DNA of 64,000 nucleotides, taken from contig CM119373.1 of assembly GCA_051294905.1 (NCBI GenBank), positions 1,552,001 through 1,616,000 on the forward strand. Direction: 5' to 3'. This DNA comes from Botryllus schlosseri (Eukaryota). The position numbers were made by a program, and so were the translations under genes. The notes below the pieces were generated by a model, which saw only the letters and a list, made by a program, of their open reading frames with translations, made no database searches and had not been told where the DNA came from. Positions 62,901 through 64,000 of this stretch are shown here, piece by piece (the first letter of the stretch is position 1; the number at the start of each line of letters is the position of its first letter).

Positions 62901-63164
62901 ACAAAAATGTTAACATATTGGGTACTGGTAGCCCATAGTGAATAGGCTTCAGAACTTTGTTAATACAGCAATATAGTTTTGTCTGAAGCAAATTCGCTCT
63001 TGTTGATGGCCAGCCCCCAGTTATGTTATAAGATGTATTTCATAAATTACAGAGTCTTCGCCGAGATTTCCGACGTAGGCGCGAAGTGTTCAAGAAAGAG
63101 AAAGACACTTAGAGTTCATCCAAAAGTGATGAAACTCACCAACCTCCTGCGGGAAACGGAATAG
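59964..63164 (+). pseudogene. Spliced SAMD3-like transposon accessory gene, 5'-truncated and frameshifted; exons 59964-60816, 61026-61188, 61361-61418, 62375-62537, 63053-63164
   Basis: All four introns are GT-AG with consistent phases. Motifs are FEVPW, ERRQMIRILAD, LMESTYPLQRKTIN, WPFLF/(frameshift ~60714)MFQHYGILTG, FYVFNMEYP..LTATLEFMQR and VHPKVMKL. AATAAA is at 63173. The family call is by motif recall. Confidence 0.8.
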
Positions 63165-63294
63165 AACATGAAAATAAATGCTTTCATGCTGCAACATTTG
63201 ATTCAATTACTTCCATGGAGTTGTGCGTATTACCAGGGCGCAAAGTGTTTAGCATTAAGTCAATCAATACTTTGATTGACACTAGACAGGGCTG

Positions 63295-63522
63295 TAAATT
63301 CAGTGCTAGCTTTACTAGTAATTTACTAGAAGGAGTAAAAATATTACTAATTTTTAGCATCAAGGTTACCAGAGTGAGTAGAAATGCTGCTTATCCTGAG
63401 TCAGAAAATTTACTAAAATTATAGTAAAAAAATTACTAATTTTTAGTATTTAACGTTACCAGGGTAAGTAAAACTGCTGCCTCGCAATTAGGAGTAAATT
63501 TACTAAAATTTTTCTAACAGTG
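63295..63522 (+). mobile_element. 3' terminus of an EnSpm/CACTA-type element
   Basis: Ends TTTTTCTAACAGTG|TA (reverse complement CACTGTTAGAAAAA), preceded by inverted and direct TTTACTA/TAGTAAA subterminal repeats. It lies directly downstream of the SAMD3-like gene. Confidence 0.75.
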
Positions 63523-64000
63523 TAGGACGGAAGTAAGTAACGTAAGTAAGACGAGATTTACAACTAATTTTGCGTTAACGAACAAACGGGGGTTTGCGCA
63601 AACACCGGGCGGCGCGTATTCAAAACGAGACCGTTCATTGCTAGTTTATTTTGAACTTGATGGAACTACGTAGTCCCAATTGCAGCGGAATGTTGATACT
63701 AGTAGGCGTTCCTTGCTATCGACTCCGGCGCGTTTAGGCCAGCCTTCCTCAGCGCTGGAATGTTCTGGCGTTCTAAACCGCAACAAGTCATCGCACATTA
63801 GGTCGCGCCAGTGTTTGAATTCGTTGGTGTTAACGTCGTCCGGGGCATTACTTTCGGCTGTCCTGGCGCGTTATGATTTCTTCGCGGTCCAATGACCGCT
63901 GTATGTAGGGCGACAGCGTGTTCTAGGCAGCATGCCGGGCAACAGACTACAGTACCCGACAGAGAAATCTGTATTATGATCATCTTGTTCAGAACAGGGT

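Overview
This is AT-rich eukaryotic DNA with GT-AG introns. The repeat repertoire suggests a marine invertebrate, possibly a tunicate, but that is an inference. Most short ORFs in the track are noise. The window holds the 3' half of a + strand leucine-rich-repeat (NLR-like) gene with five phase-0 exons: 20599-20766, 32616-32783, 41276-41443, 48611-48781 and 50822-50872. The gene sits in a ~12-kb tandem triplication (copies X 6924-19635, Y 19636-31915, Z 31916-41443). In these copies LRR exons have been duplicated, deleted or broken, and the paralogous empty sites fix many insertion boundaries exactly. The introns are packed with transposons: nested Chapaev3, hAT, Harbinger-like and TA-flanked MITEs, I-group LINE pieces, SINE-like inserts, Penelope-like fragments and a young non-autonomous LTR element. 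The 3' end of the window holds a near full-length frameshifted RTE-type LINE, a 1.4-kb foldback palindrome and the 3' part of an EnSpm-type element carrying a spliced SAMD3-like pseudogene. Three observations stand out: (1) minimal hammerhead ribozymes in two different Penelope-like families share a covarying 5'-strand/loop-II pseudoknot; (2) an LTR element has TT...AA rather than TG...CA ends, with boundaries confirmed by a TSD and empty sites; (3) twin LRR exons differ only by non-synonymous changes, clustered in the LxxLxLxx motif. All alignments were done by eye.
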